A stretch of DNA of 63,364 nucleotides, filler included. It is 3 parts of 3 records of this genome, joined end to end, with 100 filler letters (N's around TTAATTAATTAA, not from the genome) between each part and the next. Parts side by side here need not be neighbours in the genome. Positions count along the whole stretch, not along the records: positions 26,230 to 54,729 come from SRR22947727_1064; 2 more parts are not named here. One strand, 5' to 3'. The notes below the pieces were generated by a model. That model was not told the DNA's origin, searched no databases, and worked only from the letters and a program-made list of their open reading frames with translations. Shown piece after piece: positions 29,459 through 37,723 of the stretch (its first letter is position 1; each line of letters opens with the position of its first letter). The position numbers and the translations under genes were made by a program.

Positions 29459-31069
29459 TTATTTTCCAAAAATTCCTAATTTAATGTCGTAATCCACTGC
29501 TAATCCATAATCTGGGTCGTCATCACTATCTACAATTAATTGGCCAGTTCTGCTCAAAAGCCGGTGACAATCCTTGGATAAATGACGGAGTTTAACTTTC
29601 TTATCAAGATTAGAATATTTTTCGGCTATATCTTCGATAGCTTTTAAAGCCGATTGATCGATGACTTTAGAATTAGCAAAATCTATTATAACCAATTCTG
29701 GATCCATACTAGGTTTGAATAATTCTAAAAAACTATTAGTTGAGCTAAAAAATAAAGGACCCTCTATTTCATAAACTTTAGCATTTTTTTCTGTTATGGA
29801 ATCTCTTTCATTAGCCCTAATTCGAGAAGCTGATTTCCATGCAAAGACTAGTGCTGAGAATATCACTCCTACTATTACGGCTATAGCTAAATCTTCAAGA
29901 ACAGTAACTAGAGTAACTAAAATAATCACTAATGCATCCGATTTAGGAACGACAAATAGTAACTTCAAAGAATTCCAAGCAAAAGTTCCGATTACCACCA
30001 TAAACATTACACCTACTAATGACGCTATTGGTATGAGCTCAATAAGAGATGACGTGTAAAGAATAAAAATTAAAAGAAATACAGCAGCTGAAATTCCTGC
30101 AATTCTTGTTCTTCCACCTGATTTTACATTTATCATAGATTGACCAATCATTGCGCATCCTCCCATGCCCCCAAAAAAACCAGTTACAGTATTTGCAAAT
30201 CCTTGAGCTAAACACTCCTGGCTGGCACCACCTCTTTTGTTAGTTAATTCACCCACTAAATTTAAAGTTAACAAACTTTCAATTAATCCAATTGCTGAAA
30301 GAATTAAAGCATAAGGAAAAATAATTAAAAATGTTTCAATATTTAAAGGTACAGCTGGAATAGAGAAAACTGGTAACCCTCCTGCAACACTAGCTAAGTC
30401 ACCAACTCTTGGAATAGGTATATCAAGCCAAATAACTAGCACTGTAACAAATAAAATAGCAGCTAAAGTAGATGGAATAATCTTTGTAACTTTTGGAAGA
30501 TACCAAATTATTAGCATAGTTAAAAAAACAAAAATAAGTGATTGAATTAAAACATCGCCAGACATCCAAGTAAAACTTCCATCTAGATTTAAAATTTGAA
30601 ATTGATGTAATTGAGATAGGCCTATTACAATTGCTAAACCATTAACAAACCCGAGCATTACTGGTTGTGGAACCATTCTTATAAATTTACCCAATCTAAA
30701 TATACCCGCAAGTAATTGCAATATGCCCATTAAAACCACAGTAGCAAATAAATATTGTACTCCGTGATCAGCAACTAGCGCAACCATAACAACTGCAAGC
30801 GCTCCAGTTGCTCCTGAAATCATACCGGGTCTACCTCCTATAATTGCAGTAATCAAACCTATAATAAAAGCTGCGTATAATCCTGCAAGAGGTGTTACAC
30901 CTGCAACAAAAGCAAAGGCGATAGCTTCTGGAACCAAAGCAAGAGATACTGTGAGACCGGATAATAATTCCACCTTAAATAATGAGAGGGAAACACCTTC
31001 TTTAGGAATATATTCGTCCTTATTAAAACCTATTGAATTAGCAAATTGACTTATGGTAGATTTAATCAT
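29459..31069 (-). CDS. SulP/SLC26 anion permease with STAS domain
   Basis: ALVPEAIAF, GGRPGMISGATGA, GGCAMIGQS..N, GPLFF, D.SAL. Confidence 0.93.
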   Translation of the reverse strand: MIKSTISQFANSIGFNKDEYIPKEGVSLSLFKVELLSGLTVSLALVPEAIAFAFVAGVTPLAGLYAAFIIGLITAIIGGRPGMISGATGALAVVMVALVADHGVQYLFATVVLMGILQLLAGIFRLGKFIRMVPQPVMLGFVNGLAIVIGLSQLHQFQILNLDGSFTWMSGDVLIQSLIFVFLTMLIIWYLPKVTKIIPSTLAAILFVTVLVIWLDIPIPRVGDLASVAGGLPVFSIPAVPLNIETFLIIFPYALILSAIGLIESLLTLNLVGELTNKRGGASQECLAQGFANTVTGFFGGMGGCAMIGQSMINVKSGGRTRIAGISAAVFLLIFILYTSSLIELIPIASLVGVMFMVVIGTFAWNSLKLLFVVPKSDALVIILVTLVTVLEDLAIAVIVGVIFSALVFAWKSASRIRANERDSITEKNAKVYEIEGPLFFSSTNSFLELFKPSMDPELVIIDFANSKVIDQSALKAIEDIAEKYSNLDKKVKLRHLSKDCHRLLSRTGQLIVDSDDDPDYGLAVDYDIKLGIFGK

Positions 31070-31150
31070 TGTTTTAGGGAATTATTATTTCTTAAAAACT
31101 GTATAGAGTTTAGATTAACAGTTCGCTACAATTAATTTATTTTAATATTT

Positions 31151-31357
31151 TTAATAATGAGGTGGTGGAATATCATCATCTGAGTTTAAATTTTTTGAAT
31201 TTGCATCAATTATATTAATTTTATTTTTTAAATTTATTAATTCATTATTTAATTTTATAATTTCTTTTTGTTGAGTAAAAATTTCATCACTCATTTGATT
31301 TACTTCATTTTGAAGAAAACTAATTTGCTCTTCTAATTTTTTAACTTTAGTTTCCAT
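31151..31357 (-). CDS. slyX: SlyX family protein
   Basis: LEEQISF...coiled coil...C-terminal PPPHY. Confidence 0.88.
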   Translation of the reverse strand: METKVKKLEEQISFLQNEVNQMSDEIFTQQKEIIKLNNELINLKNKINIIDANSKNLNSDDDIPPPHY

Positions 31358-31540
31358 ACTTGGTAGATAATCTCTTTAATTCACTTATGTCTACTTTACA
31401 ATTTTATATTTTTTAATTTAAATTATTTATAAAAAAAAATGGCTCATAAAATATAGTTTTAAAAAAAAATTATTTAAAAGCTCATGTTAATGTTTAAATA
31501 TTTATTGTCTTATTCTTAATTCTGTGAAAAAATATACAAT

Positions 31541-32368
31541 ATGAATATAGAATTACTTTCTGGAGCATGTGGCGCTGAGATTAATGGCATAAATCTAAAA
31601 GATACATCAGATAGTAATATTCAAATAATTAAAAATTTACTTTTTGAACATAAGGTAATATTTTTTCGGAACCAATCAATTAACCAACAAGAACAAATAA
31701 ATTTATCTAAATGTTTTGGCCCGCTTGAAACTCATGCCTACACAAAGGGACTAAAGGAATTTCCTGAAATTGTTAGAATAATAAAAGAACCACATGAAAA
31801 AAATAATTGGGGTGAAGGATGGCATACAGATACAAGTTATAACAAGCAGCCCACTTTAGTTGTAATTTTAAAATCTCTAGAGATACCTCCTGTTGGTGGT
31901 GATACAATGTTCTCTAATATGGAATTAGCTTACGATACATTAGAAGAAGATTTAAAAAAAATGATAGGAGATAAAAAAGCCCTTCATGACTCTAGGGGAG
32001 CAGAATTTTTTAATGAAAATTACCAATCGATGGAAAGTAATGGATATAAAGAAGCTTTTTCTAATATTCATCCAATAGTTAGAACGAACCCAGACTCTAA
32101 AAGAAAAATTCTCTATGTTAATTGGACTTATACAAGACAAATTATTGGAATGGAGAAAAAAGAAAGTGATAAACTTTTAAATATATTATTTAAACATCAA
32201 GAGAGACTTGATTTGACTTGTCGATTTAGATGGACTCCAAATACAATAGCAATTTGGGATAATAGAAGTTTACTCCATTATGCTATAGCTGATTATTTTC
32301 CTCAAAGAGGATTAGGCCATACAAGAATTATGGATAGAATAGCTGTAAGAGGAGAAATTCCTTATTAA
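31541..32368 (+). CDS. TauD/TfdA-family Fe(II)/2-oxoglutarate dioxygenase
   Basis: GAEI.G..L, VIFFRNQ, WHTD (HxD), GGDT.F, HP.VR, WDNR...H.A..DY. Confidence 0.92.
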   Translation: MNIELLSGACGAEINGINLKDTSDSNIQIIKNLLFEHKVIFFRNQSINQQEQINLSKCFGPLETHAYTKGLKEFPEIVRIIKEPHEKNNWGEGWHTDTSYNKQPTLVVILKSLEIPPVGGDTMFSNMELAYDTLEEDLKKMIGDKKALHDSRGAEFFNENYQSMESNGYKEAFSNIHPIVRTNPDSKRKILYVNWTYTRQIIGMEKKESDKLLNILFKHQERLDLTCRFRWTPNTIAIWDNRSLLHYAIADYFPQRGLGHTRIMDRIAVRGEIPY

Positions 32369-32386
32369 GAAAAAATTTAATTAAAG

Positions 32387-32463
32387 TGGTCGGGGAGAAA
32401 GGATTCGAACCTTCGACCCCCTGGTCCCAAACCAGGTGCGCTACCAGGCTGCGCTACTCCCCG
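32387..32463 (-). tRNA. tRNA-Pro (TGG)
   Basis: CGGGGAGTAGCGCAGCCTGGTAGCGCACCTGGT-TTGGGAC-CAGG...GGTTCGAATCC...CCCCGACCA; cloverleaf, CCA encoded. Confidence 0.97.
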
Positions 32464-32538
32464 AAAAAACTTGTTATATGCATAAAATTTTGAAAAACAA
32501 TTAATTAGTTTGAATTTTTATCTGAATATACTTATATT

Positions 32539-32610
32539 CTACTTAGGGGTGCTTAAATGCTGAGATTTATACCCTTTAAACCTGATCTGGATAATGCCAG
32601 CGGAGGAAAT
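32539..32610 (+). promoter_or_regulatory. TPP (THI-box) riboswitch
   Basis: AGGGGTGC...GCTGAGA...ACCCTT.AACCTGATCTGGATAATGCCAGCG.AGG conserved core; directly upstream of thiB. Confidence 0.95.
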
Positions 32611-32611
32611 A

Positions 32612-33592
32612 ATGAAATTTATTTATATCATTCTATCTATTTTACTTTTAACTACTGTTGTTAAAGCCGAAAAACTTATAATTTATACATATGACTCATT
32701 TGTATCTGAATGGGGCCCAGGCCCTATCATTGAAAAACAATTTGAAGAAACTTATCAAATTGATTTGGAGCTAGTTGCCGTTGATAGCGCAGCCACACTG
32801 TTAAATAAAGTAATTTTAGAAGGAAATAACACAAATGCAGATATTGTTTTAGGCTTAGATATGAATTTATTTGAGTCAGCAGAAAAATCAAATTTGTTTG
32901 ATAATCATTCATTAGCAGATCTTAATGATAAACTTAATCTTCCTATAAATTGGGAAAGTGAATTATTTGTACCATATAATTATGGATATTTTGCCTTTGT
33001 CTATAATAACAAAAATTTAAAAAACCCTCCTAAAACAATGGATGAACTAATTAATTCAACAGATGCGAGAATTGTAATACAAGACCCAAGAACATCTACT
33101 CCTGGATTAGGCTTATTGACTTGGATGAAAGCTCTTTATGGTAAAGATGCACAGAGTAATTGGAAAAAATTAAATAAAAAAATAATTGCTGTCACTAAAG
33201 GGTGGACAGACTCTTATTACAATTTTTTTATGGCTGGTGAGGCAGATTTAGTATTAAGTTATAGCTCGTCTCCTGCAGCTCATATTATGTTTGAAGAAAC
33301 CAATGATATCTCAGCATCTACTTTTGAAGAAGGCAATTATATATCAATAGAATTTGCAGGAATTTTAAAAAGCTCTAGAAATAAAGAAATGGCAAACAAT
33401 TTTCTAAATTTTATGATTTCAGATGATTTCCAATCTGTTATTCCTTCAACAAATATTATGTATCCAGTAACTAATGTTAGTCTTCCTGAGGCTTATAATA
33501 AATTAGAAATTCCAAACGCCATTCAGCTAGATCCAAGGGATATAAATGACAATAAAGAAACATGGATTAATGAGTGGCTTAATGCGTCATAA
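32612..33592 (+). CDS. thiB: Thiamine ABC transporter substrate-binding protein
   Basis: YTYDSFVSEWGPGP, ADIVLGLD, YGYFAFVY, DPRTSTPGLG; start moved to ATG 32612 (GGAGG SD, signal peptide follows). Confidence 0.95.
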   Translation: MKFIYIILSILLLTTVVKAEKLIIYTYDSFVSEWGPGPIIEKQFEETYQIDLELVAVDSAATLLNKVILEGNNTNADIVLGLDMNLFESAEKSNLFDNHSLADLNDKLNLPINWESELFVPYNYGYFAFVYNNKNLKNPPKTMDELINSTDARIVIQDPRTSTPGLGLLTWMKALYGKDAQSNWKKLNKKIIAVTKGWTDSYYNFFMAGEADLVLSYSSSPAAHIMFEETNDISASTFEEGNYISIEFAGILKSSRNKEMANNFLNFMISDDFQSVIPSTNIMYPVTNVSLPEAYNKLEIPNAIQLDPRDINDNKETWINEWLNAS

Positions 33593-33597
33593 ATTAT

Positions 33598-35187
33598 TTG
33601 TATAATAAATACAATATAACAGTATTAAGTTTTTTTTTCCTAATACTGTTATTTCCTTTCTTAGGAATTTTTTCAAAATTAAATTATGATATAGAAGAAG
33701 TAAGGATTTTTTTATCAAACTCATATACACAAAGAATAATATTTTTTTCTTTTTATCAAGCTTTTCTTTCAGCCTTTATTAGCTGTGTTTTGGCTATCCC
33801 TTTAGCTCTTGCACTAAATCGACATAAAGATAAAAAATTAATTAGATACATTATTTCTTTATGTGGTTTTTCTTTTGTAATCCCCTCAATATTAGTGGTT
33901 TTTTCTGTCATAAAATTATTTGGATATAATGGATTTTTTAATACATATTTCAATTTTTATGACTTACTTTCAATTAAATCAATATACGGCCTGAAGGCAA
34001 TTCTGATCGCACATGTTCTTTTAAACACGCCCTTTGCTACACGGTTATTTGTCCAAAATCTTAATAACATTCCAAAAAAATATTATGAAATTTCCGAGTC
34101 TATAAATCTTAGTTTTTTAGGAAATATTTTAAAATTAGAATTACCAATTATAAAACAAAGTTTATTTGCTGTTTTTTCAATAATATTCTCTCTTTGTTTT
34201 TTAAGCTTTGCTATTGTTATGGCACTTGGTGGTAATCCTAAAAATTCAACGTTAGAGGTTGCAATATTTCAATATGCTCTATTTGATTTAAATTTTAATA
34301 AAGCAATACTGCTAAGCTTTATTCAAATCTTTATATGCATAACATTTGTTTTTGTTGGATTTTATAAATTTAAAGGATCAAATTTTTTTGAAATTGGCAC
34401 TATTAAATATAAACACCCTCATCAAAATAAAAGATTAATTAAACTTATTGATTATTTTATTATTTTACTTTTTATTCTTTTTTTATTCTCACCTATATGG
34501 GTAATTTATACTGAATTTTCAAAATCAATATTCTCACAAGTAAACTTAACTTACACATTTGTTAATGCTTTTAAAAATTCTATAATAATTTCTTTATTAA
34601 CAGGAGTAATCGTAAGTATTTTTGGACTACTTATTAGCTATCTAATAGTAATTAATCATAAAAATTTTATTCTTCAGCAATTATTACTATTAACCAGCTC
34701 TGTAATACTAATAATTTCTCCAATTATTTTTAGTCTTGGTTATTTTATTTTCTTACAGCCTATAATTAATTTTTCTTTTGTTAAAATATTTTTAGTAATA
34801 TTAATTAATGCGATTTTTCTTCTTCCTTTTGCAATCTTAATTTTTTTTAGTAATTTAAAAAATTTATATTTAAACTTTAATGATTTTAGAAAATCTTATC
34901 GAATAGATTTCATTAGTTATATAAAAATTATATTTCCTTTATTAAAAAAAAATTTTTTTTATGTATTTTCATTTTCTACAGTAATAACTTTTGGTGACTT
35001 TACAATTATCTCTTTTTTTAGAAGCGAAAATTTTGAAACACTTCCTTCGTACTTATTTAAATTAATATCTACATACCAATTTAATGAAGCTTCTTTCGTA
35101 GCTGGTATTATTTTATTTCTAAGTATGATTATATATTTTATTATAGATAATTTTGATTACCAAGGAAGGCCTGACATAACGACATGA
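33598..35187 (+). CDS. thiP: Thiamine ABC transporter permease
   Basis: QAFLS, AHVLLN.PFATR, CFLSFAIV..LGG.P...TLEVAI.Q, GDF..I, TLP.YL; two-repeat permease. Confidence 0.9.
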   Translation: MYNKYNITVLSFFFLILLFPFLGIFSKLNYDIEEVRIFLSNSYTQRIIFFSFYQAFLSAFISCVLAIPLALALNRHKDKKLIRYIISLCGFSFVIPSILVVFSVIKLFGYNGFFNTYFNFYDLLSIKSIYGLKAILIAHVLLNTPFATRLFVQNLNNIPKKYYEISESINLSFLGNILKLELPIIKQSLFAVFSIIFSLCFLSFAIVMALGGNPKNSTLEVAIFQYALFDLNFNKAILLSFIQIFICITFVFVGFYKFKGSNFFEIGTIKYKHPHQNKRLIKLIDYFIILLFILFLFSPIWVIYTEFSKSIFSQVNLTYTFVNAFKNSIIISLLTGVIVSIFGLLISYLIVINHKNFILQQLLLLTSSVILIISPIIFSLGYFIFLQPIINFSFVKIFLVILINAIFLLPFAILIFFSNLKNLYLNFNDFRKSYRIDFISYIKIIFPLLKKNFFYVFSFSTVITFGDFTIISFFRSENFETLPSYLFKLISTYQFNEASFVAGIILFLSMIIYFIIDNFDYQGRPDITT

Positions 35188-36458
35188 ACATAAATGCTGG
35201 CAACATATCCTAAGAAAATTACTGGAGTCCATTTTAAATGCCCAAAGAACGTATAATAACCTCTAGCCTGACCCATAAGGGCAACGCCTGCAGCAGATCC
35301 AATAGATAACAGACTTCCGCCCACCCCTGTAGTTAACGTTACTAAAAGCCATTGATCAGTAGACATTTCAGGTCTCATAGTAATTACCGCAAACATAACC
35401 GGGATATTATCGACTATAGCTGATAAAACACCTACTATTGCATTTGCAACTGTGGCTCCCATACCATCGTATAAAATTTCTGACATAAGTGATAAGTAGC
35501 CAATAAAGCCAAGTCCACCCACACTTAGAATTACACCAAAGAAAAAAAACAAGGTATCCCATTCGGCTTTGGAGACTTTTCTAAAGAAATCAAATTTTAT
35601 ATCATCAACTGAAGAGTCATGAGTAATTTGTAAATAAAAAGAATATAAGCCTAAAAGACCAAGTCCAAACATCATACCCATCATTGGAGGTAAATGTAAT
35701 ATATTATGAAAATTAACAGCACTAAAAATAGTAAATAAACCTAGAAAAATAATTACTTTGCCCCCTCTTTTCATATACTCTTTTTCAGTACTTACCTCTG
35801 GGCTCTCTTTTGGAATAAAAAAATACATTATTGCAGCAGGAATGATGTAATTAATAACTGAAGGGATAAAAATATTAAAAAAAGTAAAAAATTCAACAAT
35901 GCCAGCTTGCCAAACCATCAATGTAGTGATGTCACCAAAAGGACTATAAGCACCTCCTGCATTTGCAGCTACGACGATATTAATACATCCTATTGAGATA
36001 AATTTACCATTACCTTTACCGCATGCCATTAATACAGAGCACATAACAAGTGCAGTTGTTAAATTGTCAGCTATGGGGGATAAAAAAAATGTGATTATTC
36101 CAGTAAAAATAAATAATTGTCTAAAGCTAAATCCCCGAGAAGTTAATTGATATCTTACAACATCAAAAACTTTTCTCTCTTCTAGAGCATTTATGTAAGT
36201 CATTGCTACTAAAAGAAATAAAAAAAGTTCCGCAAATTCTAAAATATTATGCTCTAGAGCATACTCTATTTCTTTCCCAACACTTTTGTCACCAGAAAAA
36301 TAAAAAGCTATTATTCCCCAAATAATAGCTGCGGACAGAATAACTGGCTTAGATTTTCTCAAATGAGTGAACTCTTCAGCCATTACAACTGCATAGGCTA
36401 CAAAAAAGACTGCGAGACTTAAAAAGCCTACATATGATGTTGTTAAGTTTATTTCCAT
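35157..36458 (-). CDS. nhaD: Na+/H+ antiporter NhaD
   Basis: HLRKSKP, FLLVAMTYIN, SPIADNLTTAL, ANAGGAYSPFGDITTLMVW, SAIVDNIP, GSAAGVALMG. Confidence 0.93.
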   Translation of the reverse strand: MEINLTTSYVGFLSLAVFFVAYAVVMAEEFTHLRKSKPVILSAAIIWGIIAFYFSGDKSVGKEIEYALEHNILEFAELFLFLLVAMTYINALEERKVFDVVRYQLTSRGFSFRQLFIFTGIITFFLSPIADNLTTALVMCSVLMACGKGNGKFISIGCINIVVAANAGGAYSPFGDITTLMVWQAGIVEFFTFFNIFIPSVINYIIPAAIMYFFIPKESPEVSTEKEYMKRGGKVIIFLGLFTIFSAVNFHNILHLPPMMGMMFGLGLLGLYSFYLQITHDSSVDDIKFDFFRKVSKAEWDTLFFFFGVILSVGGLGFIGYLSLMSEILYDGMGATVANAIVGVLSAIVDNIPVMFAVITMRPEMSTDQWLLVTLTTGVGGSLLSIGSAAGVALMGQARGYYTFFGHLKWTPVIFLGYVASIYVHVVMSGLPW

Positions 36459-37246
36459 ATTTTTAAAGTAAAGTTTATAAGTGTTTTTTCAACTCCGAAG
36501 TCATATAAATTATTGTGCATTGCTTCGTCAATAAAAAGTGATTTTTTTTGATGATTAGCTTTATTAAATAACAATTTACTATGAAAATGAGGGACAACCT
36601 CATCTCTAATTCCACTGATTATTAATAAAGGTGATTTAATTTGATCAATTTTTCTTAAATTATCAAATTTATCCTTAACCAGATATTTAGCAGGATAAAT
36701 CTTATATCTTTTATTAGCTACATCAGCAATTGAAGTAAAAGGCGCTTCTAAAACAGTGCAAAGAAAATCGTATTTCAAATTTAATTCTACAGCAACTCCT
36801 GTACCTAGAGACTCCCCATAATTAATAACATCTTGAATTTTAAATTGAGTATTTTTTAAAATCCAATCAATGGTGGCATTTCCGTCTAAGTATAAATTAC
36901 TTTCTGTTGGATTTCCCTTATTCCCACTAAAACCCCTCCAACTAACTAGCAAAGTTGAGAAACCTGCGTCGTTATATCTTTGGATACGATAGGCTCTTTC
37001 TCCAATGTCAAAGGAGTTTCCATGGAAATAAACAAGAATGGGCTTGTTTTTATCACCCTCGTGAAACCAGGCTAATAGGCTTATATTATCAACTGTTTTA
37101 ATGTAAATTTCCTTAGTTTTTTCTAGAGTATAATGTTCAGGAGATTTAGGCTTTCCAGATTTATTAAATATTATTCTTCTTTGAAATATGTACAAAAGAA
37201 ATCCAAAAAAAATGTATGGAAAAACAAGAAAAAATATGTAATTCAT
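36449..37246 (-). CDS. Membrane-anchored alpha/beta hydrolase (Bem46/ABHD-like)
   Basis: N-terminal TM, YFHGN, YGESLGTGVA nucleophile elbow, D.VVP, HNNL. Confidence 0.87.
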   Translation of the reverse strand: MNYIFFLVFPYIFFGFLLYIFQRRIIFNKSGKPKSPEHYTLEKTKEIYIKTVDNISLLAWFHEGDKNKPILVYFHGNSFDIGERAYRIQRYNDAGFSTLLVSWRGFSGNKGNPTESNLYLDGNATIDWILKNTQFKIQDVINYGESLGTGVAVELNLKYDFLCTVLEAPFTSIADVANKRYKIYPAKYLVKDKFDNLRKIDQIKSPLLIISGIRDEVVPHFHSKLLFNKANHQKKSLFIDEAMHNNLYDFGVEKTLINFTLKIWK

Positions 37247-37268
37247 TAATTAGTAATTACATAATACA

Positions 37269-37718
37269 ATGACAGCATCAATAGAAGTATATAATCCAAT
37301 GAGTGCTTATAACAGCGCTATCAATAAGTTAGAAAAAAATGGCATTAGAGCCACAAAGCAACGGAGAGTATTAGCTAAACTTATTTTTAATAAAGGAAAA
37401 AGACATATTTCAGCAGAAAATTTATTCGACGAAGTAAAAGAAGATGAAAGAAAAATTTCAATGGCAACAATTTATAATACACTCAAGCAATTTACAAGTT
37501 TAGGTTTAATTAGAGAAATTGTAGTTGATCAAAATAAATCATTATATTGTAACAACAACCAAAATCATTATCATTTATATATAGAAGATGAAGGGAAAAT
37601 AATCGATATACCTACAAAAAATATTGATCTTGATATACCTTCAATTCCTGCATGTTTAAAACTTCATGATATTGATGTAATTGTAAGAATAAGAACTCTT
37701 AAAGATAAAAACAACTAA
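37269..37718 (+). CDS. irr: Fur-family regulator, Irr-like
   Basis: R.TKQR..LA.L.F..G.RH.SAE.L, SMATIYNTLKQF...GL.RE, HYHLY, D..VR; start may be ATG 37299. Confidence 0.8.
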   Translation: MTASIEVYNPMSAYNSAINKLEKNGIRATKQRRVLAKLIFNKGKRHISAENLFDEVKEDERKISMATIYNTLKQFTSLGLIREIVVDQNKSLYCNNNQNHYHLYIEDEGKIIDIPTKNIDLDIPSIPACLKLHDIDVIVRIRTLKDKNN

Positions 37719-37723
37719 ATTTA

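Noticed and set aside
32594-32611. Upstream ATG for thiB given by the ORF track (MPAEEI...)
   Set aside because: Lies in the conserved riboswitch core (GATAATGCCAG); ATG 32612 has an SD and begins the signal peptide.
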